From NCBI RefSeq assembly GCF_006345805.1, contig NC_043000.1:23684001-23748000 (forward strand): DNA of 64,000 nucleotides. Direction: 5' to 3'. Shown piece by piece: positions 10,880 through 23,003 of this stretch (its first letter is position 1; every line of letters begins with the position of its first letter). The notes beneath the pieces were generated by a model. That model saw only the letters and a list, made by a program, of their open reading frames with translations. It searched no databases and was not told the DNA's origin. The position numbers and the translations under genes are program-made. This DNA is from Octopus sinensis (lineage: Eukaryota).

Positions 10880-11830
10880 AAAATAAAAAATAATAACGAA
10901 ATTATTGTATACAGTGCTCAGGTGCACCACAACTTGTTAAAAGTGCATATAAAGCATGTGCAGTAATGTATAAATGTCTGGAAAGTGAACAGTGTATGAG
11001 TCAGATACATGCTTGCGTGTGTATGGAGGGGAGAAAATCAGGTGTAGTGTTGGCGAATCTCAGGAAGCATGGAAGTTTTGAAGGATGCAGTGCTCCGACA
11101 ACTAACAACTGATGCCAGCAGTTTGTTCCATGCTTCAGTAACTCTTAGTGTGAAAAAATATTTCTGAAAGTCATGGGAGCTGTGCTGTTTTCTGACTTTG
11201 TAAACATGTCCATGGGTGTTAGACAGGTGGAGTTTGAAAAGGTGCTCATTGTTATTGTTTGTAAGATGGCAAGTCAGATGTCGGAGTTTCAATGTATCCA
11301 TGCCCAGGGAAGTAAGGCATTCAGAATATGGCAAATGCCTGATGGAGGGTATCCTCTTGGTTGCACGTCGCTGAACGGCTTCCAGACGTTTAATATCCTG
11401 GGCAAGATAGGGGTTCCAGACCAGTGATGCAAATTCCAGGTGAGGTCGCACCATAGCTATATAAAGCCTCAGATAGATAGCCAGAGAGCAGCTCACAAAG
11501 GATGTGGTAAGTGTGGCCAAGACACCCTCAGCCTTATTGGCAATTTTAGCGATGTGTTGTGTCCAAATCAAATCGCTGTTGACAATAATGCCCAGGTCAC
11601 ATTCACAAGAAGACTTTTTGAGATTAGTGATGTGGAGGGAGTAAGTAGATGCTGGGTCTTTCCTCCTAAAATGCATGGTAGTACATTTGTCAACAGCCAG
11701 CTTGAGTTGCCAGTCCATGATCCATTGCTGCATTGTGTCCAGGTCTGATTGCAATAAAGATCTATAATGTACAGGATCTGTCCTCTTTATCTTGAGCTAC
11801 AGCTTGATGTCATCTGCATATTTCAGCATG
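10880..11830 (-). mobile_element. 5'-truncated CR1-clade LINE (RT C-terminal half, inactivated)
   Basis: LKYADDIKL then an in-frame stop (YADD at 11809-11820, TAG at 11797-11799). ORF 11038-11754 has DLGIIVNSDL, VRPHLEFAS..WNPY and LEAVQRRATK motifs. 3' UTR and A/T-rich tail near 10880. Confidence 0.9.
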
Positions 11831-12474
11831 ATACTGCTAATCTACCACCCCCAGTTTCAATGGCAAACATTGATAATCGGTTACCCTTGTTTTAGTGATT
11901 CTGATTCTAACCACTGACATAATAGTGCAACAGGAACAAGTGCCATATAAGAAAATCTTTACGTCGTCGTTCGACCAGCTAGAAATAGCAACCAAATCTT
12001 CATCAGATCACACCCTACCATTTTAAAGAAAATCTCATTAGATGTAGAAGTGTTAAATGATGGTAATGAATCCTCAGTTTCCGCAATGAACATTCAACTG
12101 TTGAACATTCAACCACCTACTCGTTAAATTTATGTTAAAGTGGTTGAGTATTCCGTGTACACATGCACTGTTAACATATCAGGGTAAATCAGCATCATAC
12201 TACATGATAAGGCTGGACCTTTGAATTACAAATGCAATCTGTCTAATGAGATTCCATACAGTTTCCGTCCAAGGCTTGAGTCAATCAAATGTGGTGCCTC
12301 ATGGTTGTGAAAGGAACTTAACAACTCAACTGTGCAGATGATGCAGTTTTGGTTAGTCTTAAAAAGATGTGATGGTCATGGATGGAATGCTTTTGATTGT
12401 AGGTTTGTTAAAATGAGGTTGACCTGGGATTAAGCAATAACATTATCGTTTTGATTTTCACTGTTTTATCTTTC

Positions 12475-13072
12475 TAACCCTTTAGCATTTATATAAACTG
12501 ACCGTATCTGGCCCCAATATTCAACCTCTTTTATGTCCAGATCAGCCAGACTGGCCTCTTACACATACCCTGCAATGTTATTCTAAAAATAAACAATCAA
12601 AATCGATCAAAAATCAATGGAAATTGCAGTTGTGATACCAGTGCTGGTGGTACGTAAAAGAACCATCTGAACATGGCCGTTGCCAGAGCTGCCTCGACTG
12701 GCTTCCATGCCAGTGGTACGTAAAAAGCACCAACCGATTATGGCCATTGCCAGCCTTGTTTGGCACCTGTGCCAGTGGCACGTAAAAAGCACCCACTACA
12801 CTCATGGAGCGGTTGGTGTTAGGAAGAGCATCCAACAGTAGAAACACTGCCAGATCAGACTGGGCCTGGTGCAGCCTCCTGGCTTCCCAGACCCCAGTCG
12901 AACCATCCAACCCATGCTAGCATGGAAAGCGGACGTTAAACGATGATGATGATGATGATGATGATATTATTGAAATATGGAAACAATGAGATTAATTCAA
13001 AGCATGATTAATTCAAAACAATGTGAATAACGAAGCATTACATTAGACAGAGTAATCTGAATGTTAAAGATG
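12475..13072. mobile_element. piggyBac-like MITE interrupted by an RTE 3' fragment
   Basis: Starts TAACCCTTTAGCATT and ends GAATGTTAAAG. Inverted homolog of 23004-23635. Confidence 0.65.
12607..12965 (+). mobile_element. RTE 3' UTR plus C module, (GAT)n tail
   Basis: C module with 2 tandem units. The 5' part matches the RTE 3' UTR at 58890-58925. Confidence 0.8.
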
Positions 13073-14127
13073 GTCTTCTGTTGGCCTGATCAGATCTTCC
13101 CAGGGCTATACAACAACATCTTTGCATGAGTTGTCTTTTTATTGGAATGCCTTTGCTATTTATGGTACGTTAATGTAATGAATAGCTAGAGGGTAAAAAT
13201 CAGCTTCGGTAGGATTGGAACTGTAAACAGTAAGACACCAAACTAAATATCTGCATCAGAAAACTGTTTTTTCAACCTCTTTCAATGAAAGAATCCTTGT
13301 TGACATCTGATACTGTATAAAAACAATAAAGCTAGTGTGCACATACTTAATGCACTGAATATCACACAAGTCTAATCAGAAATACTTATGCGGTGAGGAA
13401 AAGACGGCATAAACTCATCTAACAATGTAATGCAGATGATTCCGCTTAATTGCATGTTGGAATGTCACACTAATATGGCCTGTGGTTGGATGGTCACAGT
13501 TAGAACACCTTTGGTCATGGATTTCCGATATCAGGAATGACCTAGTGGTAAAAAATGTGAGCCACTATGAGGTCATTCACCCTGCTACAAATAGCAGCCA
13601 AATCTCTCTCAAATCATGTCTTATCATCTTGAAAAGAGAAGAGATGCTACTAGAAGAAACCATTAAAAAAACTTAACAGTTACAGCTGAAATATCTCTGT
13701 TCAGACGTTTTTTAAGTCATTACTGAGACTAAACAACTACAAACCGATTGTGAAACAATGTGAAGAGAAGGATAAAATATGAACCTCTTGAAAATAGTAT
13801 TTTTCTTAAAAATCATATTATTCTTATAGTTGATGGGGAGTTCCAACTCTGGTACCCTTAAGAAGCTTCTGGGTAAATCTTTAAATACATTTTTTTCTTC
13901 TCTGTTATTCTTCTTTTTTACAATAGGACAAATTTATGGTATTTAATCTCAGCCGAAGCAAGGATCTATGACCTCACTACCTCCTCCTGGTCCAAAAAAA
14001 AATGTGGAGGGGGTCTCTAATAAACCACCCTTTCAGTCCACAAAAAAAAATGGGGGGTGGGGGGCTCGAATCTTTCTCTTCTTTTCGTCTTCTTTTCTTC
14101 AGCTGTGTTATAATTACAGAAGTAATA

Positions 14128-14345
14128 AGGCAGCAAGCTGGCAGAAACATTAGCACATCGGGTGAAATGCTTAGTAGTATTTCATTTGTCCTTATGTTCT
14201 AAGTTCAAATTCTGCCGAGGCTGACTTTGCCTTTCATCCTTTCGGGGTCAATAAATTAAGTACGAGTTGCGTACTGGGATCAATCTAATCGACTGCCTCC
14301 CTCCCCAAAAATTTCAGGCCTTATGCCTCAAGTAGAAAAGAATAT
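14128..14345 (+). mobile_element. SINE family A (tail type 2)
   Basis: Head gcaagctggcagaaacattagcac, core gactttgcctttcatcctttcggggtc, tail ...aaaatttcaggccttatgcctcaagtagaaaag. Confidence 0.8.
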
Positions 14346-14369
14346 TTCACATAAAAATAAAATAAATTG

Positions 14370-14975
14370 CAAATATGGTTATGTGGTTAAGAAGTTCATT
14401 TTGTGACCACATGGGATTTGGGTCCAGTTTCACTGTACGGCACCTAGGGTAGTTGATTGAAACTACATTCAAGCCCGTTATTATGTGTGTGTGTGTGTGT
14501 GTGTGTGTGTACATGTGTGTGTATGTGTGTATGTGTGCATACATGTGTGTGTGTGCATGTGCGTGTGTGTGTGCATGTGCAAGGTGGTGAGCTGGCAGAA
14601 TCGTTTGCTCCATTCTGAGTTCAAATTCTGCTGAGGTCAACTTTACCCTTCATCCTTTCGGGGTCGATGGAAAAAGTACCAGTTGAGTACTGGGGTCGAT
14701 GTAATCAACTATCCTGCTCTTCCACTTTCAGGCCTTGTGCCTATAGTAGAAAGGATTGTATGTGTGTGTGTGTGCATACGTATGCATGTGTGCCTGTCTG
14801 TGTTCGTCCCCACACCACTGGACAATTGGTGTAAGTTTCTTTATGACCCCTTAATGTTTCAGTAAAAGAGATTGGCAGAATAAGTACCAACCTTAAAAAA
14901 TAAGTTCTGGGGTCAATGCCTTTGACTAAACCATTCAAAGTGGTACCCCAGTATGGCCACAGTGCAATGACTGAA
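14370..14975 (+). mobile_element. Decayed SINE family B split by (TG)n and a family A insertion (14582-14757)
   Basis: B head at 14370-14470, A copy inside the internal microsatellite, B 3' half at 14760-14975. Confidence 0.65.
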
Positions 14976-15082
14976 ACGAGTGTGTTGGTGTCACATAAAA
15001 AGCACCCTGTACATTCTGTAAAGTGATTGGCATTAGGAAGGGCATCTAGCCATAGAAACCAAGCCAGAAACTATAGAAACCA

Positions 15083-15302
15083 GGCAGTGAGCTGGCAGAA
15101 ACGTTAGCACACCGGGCAAAATGCTTAGCAGTATGTTCTGAGTTCAAATTCTGCCTAGGTCGACTTAGCCTTTCATCCTTTCGGGGTCGATTAAATAAGT
15201 ACCAGTTACACACTGGGGCCAATGTAATCGACTTAATCCCTTCGTCTGTCCTTGTTTGTCCCCTCTATGTTTATCCCCTTGTGGGCAATAAAGAAATAAG
15301 AA
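15083..15302 (+). mobile_element. SINE family A (tail type 1)
   Basis: Head, core and tail ...tccttgtttgtcccctctatgtttatccccttgtgggcaataaagaaataag. Confidence 0.8.
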
Positions 15303-15594
15303 ACCATACCAGAACAGACAACAGGGTTTGGTGCAACCCTCTAGCTCACCAGCTTCCATCAAACCACTCAACCTGCGCTAGCATGGAAAGCAGATGTTAA
15401 ATGATGACAATGGTAATGATGATGATGATGAATGTTCAATAATAGCTTCTAATTCAGGGTCAAGGCCAGGAATTTTGAGGGAAGGCATAAATTGATAGCA
15501 TTGACCCTTATGCATTGACCCTGAAATTATGAAAGGTGAAGTTGACCTTGGTGAGATTTGAACTCAGAACATAATCCTTTTTACTGTAAGCACA

Positions 15595-15790
15595 AGGCCT
15601 GAAATTTGGGTGAGCAGGGATAGTCAATTACATCAACCCCAGTACTCAACTGGTACTTAATTTATTGACCCCGAAAGGATGAAAGGTAAAGTTGAACTCA
15701 GCGGAATTTGAAATCAGAATGTAGCAACTGGCGAAATACCACTCTGCATTTTGTCCGGCCTGCTAACAATTCTGCCAGCTTGCTGTCTTT
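15595..15790 (-). mobile_element. SINE family A
   Basis: Reverse core gaccccgaaaggatgaaaggtaaagttgaactcagcgg. Confidence 0.7.
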
Positions 15791-15984
15791 GAATTCAAAA
15801 CATAATGATCCTGAAGAAATGCAGCTTAGCACTTTGTCCAACATGCTAACAATTCTGCCAGCTCATCACCTTCCATTTCCTAAGATAATTGGCTTTAAAT
15901 TTTGATATGAGACCAGCTGTCTTTGGTGGAGAGAGTTAATCAATTTCATTGGTCCCAATGGTCAATAGCTATTTGATTTTATTA

Positions 15985-16150
15985 AAGCACCCACTACACT
16001 CTCAGAGTTGTTGGCATTAGGAAGGGCATCCAGCTGTAGAAACTCTGCCAGATCAAGATTGAAGCCTGGTGAAGCCATTTGGTTCACCAGCCCTCATTCA
16101 TTCGTCCAACCCATGCTAGCATGGAAAGCGGACGTTAAATGATGATGATG
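15985..16150 (+). mobile_element. RTE 3' end C module
   Basis: aaagcacccactacactctcagag...cggacgttaaatgatgatgatg. Confidence 0.8.
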
Positions 16151-16614
16151 ACCCTGAAAGGATGAAAGGCAAAGTCACCTTGGTGGGATTTTAACTCAGA
16201 ACATAGAGCCAGAACTAAATACTGCAAGGCATTTCGTCTGACATGCTAACAAATTTTGCCAGCTTCAGTACATGATTAGCTCCAAATGATAACAGCAAAG
16301 TTATCTCAAATGAATTACAATAGTTGGAACAAGATATCAAGATGTGTCTTGAATTTAGCAGGAGTGAAGGCAGTCCACTCAGCTAGCAAGAACGAGTTGT
16401 ACCTGTATTTCAAAGAGCCAGCCTTGTCACATTCTGTGTCTCACTGAATCTCCCTGAGAACTATATGAACCCTTTTGTTACCAACCCAGCTGAAACCAGC
16501 TCTGGCTCTGAGTACAAATGTCTTGTTTTCATAAGTTTTGAATTAAGATCTTCCACCAAACCTTAGTCACAATTTATGTTCCTAACACTAGCTTAATGAT
16601 AACTATGTTCATCA

Positions 16615-16890
16615 TAATCATCATCATCATCATTTAACGCCCACTTTCCATGCTAGCATGAGTTGGACGGTTTGACTGAGGACTGGTGAACCAGATGGCT
16701 GCACCTGGCTCCAATCTGATCTGACAGAGTTTCTACAGCTGATGCCCTTCCTAATGCCAACCACTCCTAGAATGTAGTGGGTGCTTTTACCTTCCACCGG
16801 CACGAGGGCCAGTCAGGCAGTACTGGCAATGGCCACGCTCAAATGGTGTTTTTTACATGCCACCTGCACAGGAGCCAGTCCAGCAGCACT
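16615..16890 (-). mobile_element. RTE 3' end C module with 2 tandem units
   Basis: (CAT)n tail then reverse C module. Confidence 0.8.
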
Positions 16891-16909
16891 TTTTAACACA
16901 TCAAGCTAG

Positions 16910-17195
16910 TGCCATGTAAAGAGCACCCATGCAAGTGCCATGTAAGAAGTCGCCCATGATGGTGCCACATCAGAAGCACCTGAGTTGGCACCATGTAAAA
17001 AGCACCCAGTACACTCTACAAAGTGGTTGGCATTAGGAAGGGCATCCAGCCATAGAAAATATGCTAAAACAGATGACTTAAGAGCTTTATGCAGCCTTCA
17101 AGTTTACCAGCTGTTGTCAAACCAGCCAACCCATGCCAATAAGGAAAACAGACATTAAGTGACTGTGATGAAGATGATGATGATGATGATGAAGC
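16910..17195 (+). mobile_element. RTE 3' end C module, decayed
   Basis: attaggaagggcatccagcc...(GAT)n tail. Confidence 0.65.
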
Positions 17196-17219
17196 CGCCA
17201 CATAGAGGCTCCCTTATTA

Positions 17220-18750
17220 CTTCATCATCGTCATTATCGTTTAACGTCCATCTCCTTGCCTCCATGATTAGGTCGGTTGACAGAAGCCAGCCAAGTAGAA
17301 AAAACTACCCTAGGCTACTGAGTCTGTTTTGGGAGGGATTTTACAGCTGGATGCCCTTCCTAACACCAACCACTCTGCAGACTGGACTCAGTGCTTTCTA
17401 TGTGACACTGGCACAGGTGAGGTTAGTTTTGGCATGGATGCCCTTCCAAATGCCAACCATGTTACAGTGTGGATTGGATGCTTTTAACATGGCACCAGCA
17501 CTGGCAGGGTAACCAAGTAACTCACAAGACAAGGAATTGTGAGAGGGGCAGGGCATTTGAGGATGGGGAACTTGTGTCAGAGGAAGAAAGGTTAGAGTGT
17601 GACAAAGGGACAGAGAGATAAAAGCAGGTGTCTTTCCACAACAGAGGGGGCATTAGAGGAGGTGATCCAGTATCAAATGATGAAAGGTCAGAGTGTAACA
17701 TGGAAATAGAGAGGCAGAAATAGGCGTCTTGCTATAGAGGAGGTACATGGTTACTCATTGAGAGAGAGAGAGAGAGAGGCCAGAAACAAGTGTGCTGATG
17801 TAAAGAAGATGCTTGGTTTCCTAATCAGAGGAAAAACAAGAGAAGGAGAAGGAGAGTAACCAACGGGAAAGAGAGAGAGAGGGTAGGAAACAGCAAAAGT
17901 GTAATAGAGAGTAGAAGAGAGATGGTGTAGTGCTAGGGTATACTCATAAGTAACAAGAATATGAGTGTAGAATCTGGGTAGAAAAATAGGGTGTTGGGGG
18001 TGTGGGAGCAGGGCAGTGAGGGCAAGAAAGGGGATTGGAAAACAATCACAGTTTATGAAGAGGAAATGTGAGGAAGAGAAAGATGCAGTTAGAAGAGGAG
18101 TTATAGTTTGATTTCTTAAGGTAGAGTGAGTGAAAGTGTGTTGTTACATGTGGGTGGGACACAACTCTTCTAACACTAATTTTCATGAATGGGTCTTCTC
18201 TAGAACTTCATATCTCCAAACATCTCGATCCACTGTCATTTCCTCTGTGAGCCCCAACTTCCTAAGATCAGTCCTTACCACAATGTCTTCCTGGGTCTCT
18301 CTCTTCCACAGGTACCATCCACTTTCAGTAACAGGCTGTATACAGCTGTCTTCACTCATACACATCACATGTCCAAACCATTGCATTCTCCTCTCCTGCA
18401 CACCATATTTAATTCCTCTTATGCCTAACTTTTCTTTCAACACAGTTGTGCTCTGTCTGTCATGCACACTGATGTTGTAAATCCAACAGAACATTACCTT
18501 CATTCCTCTCCAGCCTACGCATGTCCTCCACAATCAGAGCCCATGTCTCACTACCATGGAGTATAGCCGTTCACACACAAGCATCATATAGTCTACCTTT
18601 CACTCTGAGAGAGAATCCTTTTGCTGCCAACAGAGGTAGTAGTTCTCTGAACTTCCTCCACCCTATTCTTATTCTAGAAACAATACTTTCAGAACATCCA
18701 CCAACATTACTAATTTGGTCACCTAAATAGCAGAAACTACCTCAAGAGAG
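17220..18750 (-). mobile_element. 5'-truncated RTE-clade LINE: RT C-terminus, 3' UTR and C module
   Basis: Minus translation SFCYLGDQISNVGGCSESIVSRIRIGWRKFRELLPLL...KGRLYDACV..LHGSETWAL and ...QERRMQWFGHV; then about 650 bp of UTR and the C module with its tail near 17225. Confidence 0.85.
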
Positions 18751-18907
18751 CCTCCTGGGCATTTGAGAGAGTTTAAGTCCCTCATGCTCTTAGTACTTTA
18801 TGTGAATGTTGCCATGCATGAAATGATAGCATTTTTGGAAGTAGGCGACTTTTAGTAAGAGCTTAAAGAAGACTGATATGTAATTGTTTATTAAAATATT
18901 ATGTAAA

Positions 18908-19005
18908 ACTAGCAGTACTGCCCAGCGTTGCTCGGGTTTGTTCCGACCATTTAGAATTGGAATTTTTGAAAAGTCAAAATTTTGCATTATGTAGCTTGTT
19001 ATTCT
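18908..19005 (-). mobile_element. Helitron family F, 3' end fragment
   Basis: Hairpin region plus CTAG terminus matching 20427 and 55161. Confidence 0.7.
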
Positions 19006-19920
19006 GTTCCTGTGCATCTGCCACACACAAAAGTGAACTTTTTGATAACTTTCCCACAATTCCACTGCATCTTTTATGTGTCCATAGCTTACACTTGGCA
19101 GGAAAAATTTGGTTGTTGTGCTGTTCATGACTTTATTCATGTTGGTTTTCCTCTTGGCAAAGCTGGGAACTGAAGGGAATCTAGAGACTTTGGCATATTG
19201 TGATCCAACAACTGAAAATCATGAAAATACCTAGGAATTCCTGAAATGTTGGTAAATATTCATCACATCTTGTTAGGACAACATTAGGATTGGAGAAAAA
19301 ACATTAATATTGATAGAAATTTTCTTACACACAAATTAAATTACTCCCTCTCTCTCTCTCTCACTCACACACACACACAAACGCAGAGGAATTTAGCAAT
19401 TTCAGAGGATGTGAAATCATTCATTCTTAACAGAGCAATTTGAAGTAGATAAGCATATAAAACTATAAATGACAGCTTGTAAAGTTATATTGGGTGAGAA
19501 ATAAGGCTGTGGTAATATTCATGTCATTCTGCAAGGTATTTTGTGAATTAAAGTGAAACTAGGTTGTATATCCATCCAGTTTATAACACAACACTTAGTT
19601 TATCTCTCATCTTTAAAAGTACTCTACACCATACTAGTAGTAGTAGTAAGAGGAGCAGGAGGAAGGCAGCAACAGCTGCAAGAGGCATAGGTTGAGATGA
19701 GGAAGAGAAGTGTTGCTTGCAAAAGATTCGCCAGTCAGAAGATGCCAATTCTAACTTGGAACGAAGCCATTGTCAACACTAACTTGCTAGTGACATTTTT
19801 AGTGAACTAACAAAGGGGTAGGTATCCTGTATGGAACTAACTAACTATACGGTAGATATCCAGACATGCAAAATTCTGTAATTCTATAGCTTCTAACCAA
19901 TTGTTCAAGCTAGCAGACAA

Positions 19921-19929
19921 TATATATAC

Positions 19930-20007
<78 letters not shown>

Positions 20008-20142
20008 CTATGTATGTGTGTATGTATGTATGTATGTGTGTATGTATGTGTGTATGTATGTATGTATGTATGTATATGTGTGTGTATGTATGTGTGTATG
20101 TATGTATGTATGTATGTGTGTGTGTAAGTGTGTATGTATGTA
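19921..20142. repeat. (TA)n then (TATG/TGTA)n microsatellite
   Basis: Read directly from the sequence. Confidence 0.95.
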
Positions 20143-20426
20143 TAGTGCTTCTTAGGAAACTAAATAATAAAAATAGAGATGGCACTTTGCCAAGAAACCT
20201 GAACAAACGTGCTGCCATTATTCTTTATCATTTAACATACAAAACGTAGCATATTTTCTCAGGATTAACCTGGAGGTGATAGTAATTTCACTGACTTCTT
20301 GTGTGATCAACTACTTTATGTGAATGTTGCCATGCATGAAATGATAGCATTTTTGGAAGTAGGTGACTTTTAGTAAGAGCTTAAAGAAGACTGATATGTA
20401 ATTGTTTATTAAAATATAATGTAAAA

Positions 20427-20797
20427 CTAGCAGTATCGCCCGGCGTTGCTCGGGTTTGTTTCGACCATTTAGAATTGGAATTTTTGAAAAGTAAAAATTT
20501 TGCATTATGTAGCAAGTGAACATTTTTTCTGGTTGAAATACACCAAAAAATGGCGACACAGCAATCATAAAAAATAGGGATTTTCATAGAAAAAAAGCAC
20601 CTTTTTGATGTAAATAATCTTTGGTGTTAACATAGTCCGATTTGAATTTTTTCTTCTATGGAAGGAAAAGCAAGCCTTCTTCTATCATACTCTCAATTTT
20701 GGTCAACTTGCACCGCAGTGTCTCGGAGGAGATAGTGTTAGTTGAAGGCTACCAAACCTGCCATACACAGACAACTTCAGCTTTATATATAGAGAGA
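20427..20797 (-). mobile_element. Non-autonomous Helitron, family F, complete
   Basis: On the minus strand A|TCTCTCTATATATAAAGCTG ... CCCGAGCAACGCCGGG hairpin ... CTAG|T. Canonical TC/CTAG ends at an AT site, no TSD. Near-identical copy at 55161-55554. Confidence 0.85.
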
Positions 20798-21159
20798 TAA
20801 GGGACATAGCTATGAACTTCCTGACTAATATGATTGTTATGGTTGAGGTTTGTTATAGTTGTTTAACCCTACGTCGGCCATGTACAAGTATCTTATTTTG
20901 AAAGGCATTTCAGCAGTGAAAATCAGGTCTTATATCTCATATCAAGAAATATATTGTCCAATATATCCATCTCTATTTCAGACAGGAGAGTGGGATTTGA
21001 GGGAGAACTGGCTGATATTTCAAGCAGATTGAGAGACTGCATAGAAGCTCCTATCAAACTGTCTAACCCATGCACAGGGACGTAAACAAACCAACATCAG
21101 TTTGTCAAGCGGTGACAACAGACAAACACAAAAATACACATGCACAAACGATGGTCATG

Positions 21160-21415
21160 ATCATGATGATGATCATCATTTAACGTTCTCTTTCCATGCT
21201 GGCATGGGTGGACGGTTTGACAGGAGCTGGCCAGGTAGAAGCTTGAACCATACTTTTGTCTGTTTTGGTATGGTTTTTTTTACAGCTGGATGCCCTTCCT
21301 AACACCAACCACTCTGCAGAGTGAACTGAATGCTTTTTATGAGGCACCAGCACAGGTGAGGTCAGTTTTGGCATGGTTCTTACAGCTGGATGCCCTTCCA
21401 AATGCCTACCACTTT
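21160..21415 (-). mobile_element. RTE 3' end C module
   Basis: (CAT)n tail and reverse ggatgcccttcctaacaccaacc. Confidence 0.75.
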
Positions 21416-21584
21416 ATAAAACAAATTTTAAAAGATAGGTAATTTGAGAAGGTAGCAGCTAAAGGGGGAGATAACTGGGAAATGTGTTTAGTGCTGGGGA
21501 TTGAAACAATGCAATAAGGATGTGTAAGGATGGGGAGATATGAGTACATAAAATAGAGTGGATGCAGTTAGCTAATGCTTGCTT

Positions 21585-21990
21585 TGTAATCATGTGGTCT
21601 CAGGTTCAATTCCACTGTGTTGTACCTTGAACAAGAGTCTTTTATAAAGGTTTTGAACCGACCAAAGTTTTGTGCATGGATTTGACAGACAGAAACTGAA
21701 AGAAGCCCATTGTGTGTAAGTAGGTGGTTTGTATGCATATGTGTGTGTGTGTGTGTGTGTGTGTACCCTTGTGTTGGCACCATGTAATGGTGGTAAATGA
21801 GCATCGGTGTCATACAAGTGATATTGTTCATTTCAAGTCTTCCATGGAAAACATATCTGGCCATGGGGAAATATTACCTTGCTTGGAAAGAGGTGAGGGT
21901 TGGCAACAGGAAAGGCTTCTGGCCGTAGAAAATTTGCCTCAATAAATTCTGTCTGACACATGCAAGCATGGGAAAGTGGATGTTAAATAG
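21585..21990 (+). mobile_element. SINE with family B head and an alternative RTE-like tail
   Basis: B-type head and (TG)n, then a different 3' half (ggttggcaacaggaaaggc...gcatgggaaagtggatgttaaat) ending in (GAT)n. A reverse fragment of this tail is at 1-70. Confidence 0.7.
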
Positions 21991-22029
<39 letters not shown>

Positions 22030-22160
22030 CGATGACGACGATGATGAAGACGATGATGATGATGATGATGACAACGACGATGATGATGATGAGGAGGAGG
22101 AGGAGGAGGACGACGATGATGATGATGATGATGACGACGACGACAACGACGATGATGGAG
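21990..22160. repeat. (GAT)n/(GAC)n/(GAG)n trinucleotide array (expanded retroelement tail)
   Basis: Read directly; directly follows the element tail. Confidence 0.9.
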
Positions 22161-22771
22161 AAGGGGGAGGAGGGTGAATGAGTATTCATTAATCCATCTG
22201 GTTGGTAAAGACTCATTTACCGGCTCACTACAACCAAATGTTCTGTTCTGGTTTCCTCTCTAACACTACTACAGTGGCTTCTGTTCATGTACTGAAGCAA
22301 ATAATGTTGAGAAACATAGTGAGGGGGGGGGTCTCAGGGGCTGGGGTTGCAGTAGATATGTGAGGGCACTGAGGGTGGTAGCGAGTAAGTGAGGAATTGA
22401 TAATGAAGAGCAGCACAGGGAAGGAAAAGAAGGCCCAGACAGGAGGAGACAGGATGTTGGGGGGGGGGGAGAAAGGTAACTAGTGGGTAGGAGAAAGCCA
22501 GAGGGTGTAGTATGTGCCTATTCTTCTTGGAGATAGGAAATCAGAGACACCTTGTTATTCTCATGATGGTAAGGCTGATGAAATAAGGCACTTGTCATGC
22601 ATTGGAGGAATTTCAATCAACTAACTTCCTCTCTTGGGTGTTTATGGCATTGTACCAATATAAGGAACAACTGGTAGAAGACACCAGAGACAACCATAAA
22701 AATGATGCCAAAATATGAATTATTTTAGACTGGTTTCAATCAATATTTATCAAAACAGTATTAACCCTTTA

Positions 22772-22999
22772 GCGGCGAGCTGGCAAAATCGTTAGCACGC
22801 CGGGCGAAATGCTTAACGGTATTTTGTCTGCCGTTACGTACTGAGTTCAAATTCCGCCGAGGTTGACTTTGCCTTTCATCCTTTCTGGGTCAATAAATTA
22901 ATTACCAGTTGTGTACTGGGGTCGATCTAATTGACTTAATCCCTTTGTCTGTCCTTGTTTGTCCCCTCTATGTTTAGCTTTTTGTGCAATAAAGAAATA
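22772..22999 (+). mobile_element. SINE family A with 15-bp TSD
   Basis: TSD AGTATTAACC[C/G]TTTA at 22757-22771 and 23000-23014. Confidence 0.88.
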
Positions 23000-23003
23000 A
23001 GTA

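Noticed and set aside
11038-11754. 238-aa ORF as a host gene or active LINE
   Set aside because: It is the CR1 RT C-terminus, with an in-frame stop just after YADD and a 5' truncation.
17520-18120. Purine-rich tract as a stand-alone G4 or regulatory element
   Set aside because: Better explained as the 3' UTR of the RTE LINE at 17220-18750.
18990-19215. Possible minus-strand exon (...AKRKTNMNKVMNSTTTKFFLPS|gtaagc)
   Set aside because: Splice-like sites are present, but there is no recognisable homology and the frame runs into a Helitron end.
21874-22216. Poly-Ser, poly-Asp and poly-Met ORFs
   Set aside because: Expanded (GAT)n retroelement tail.
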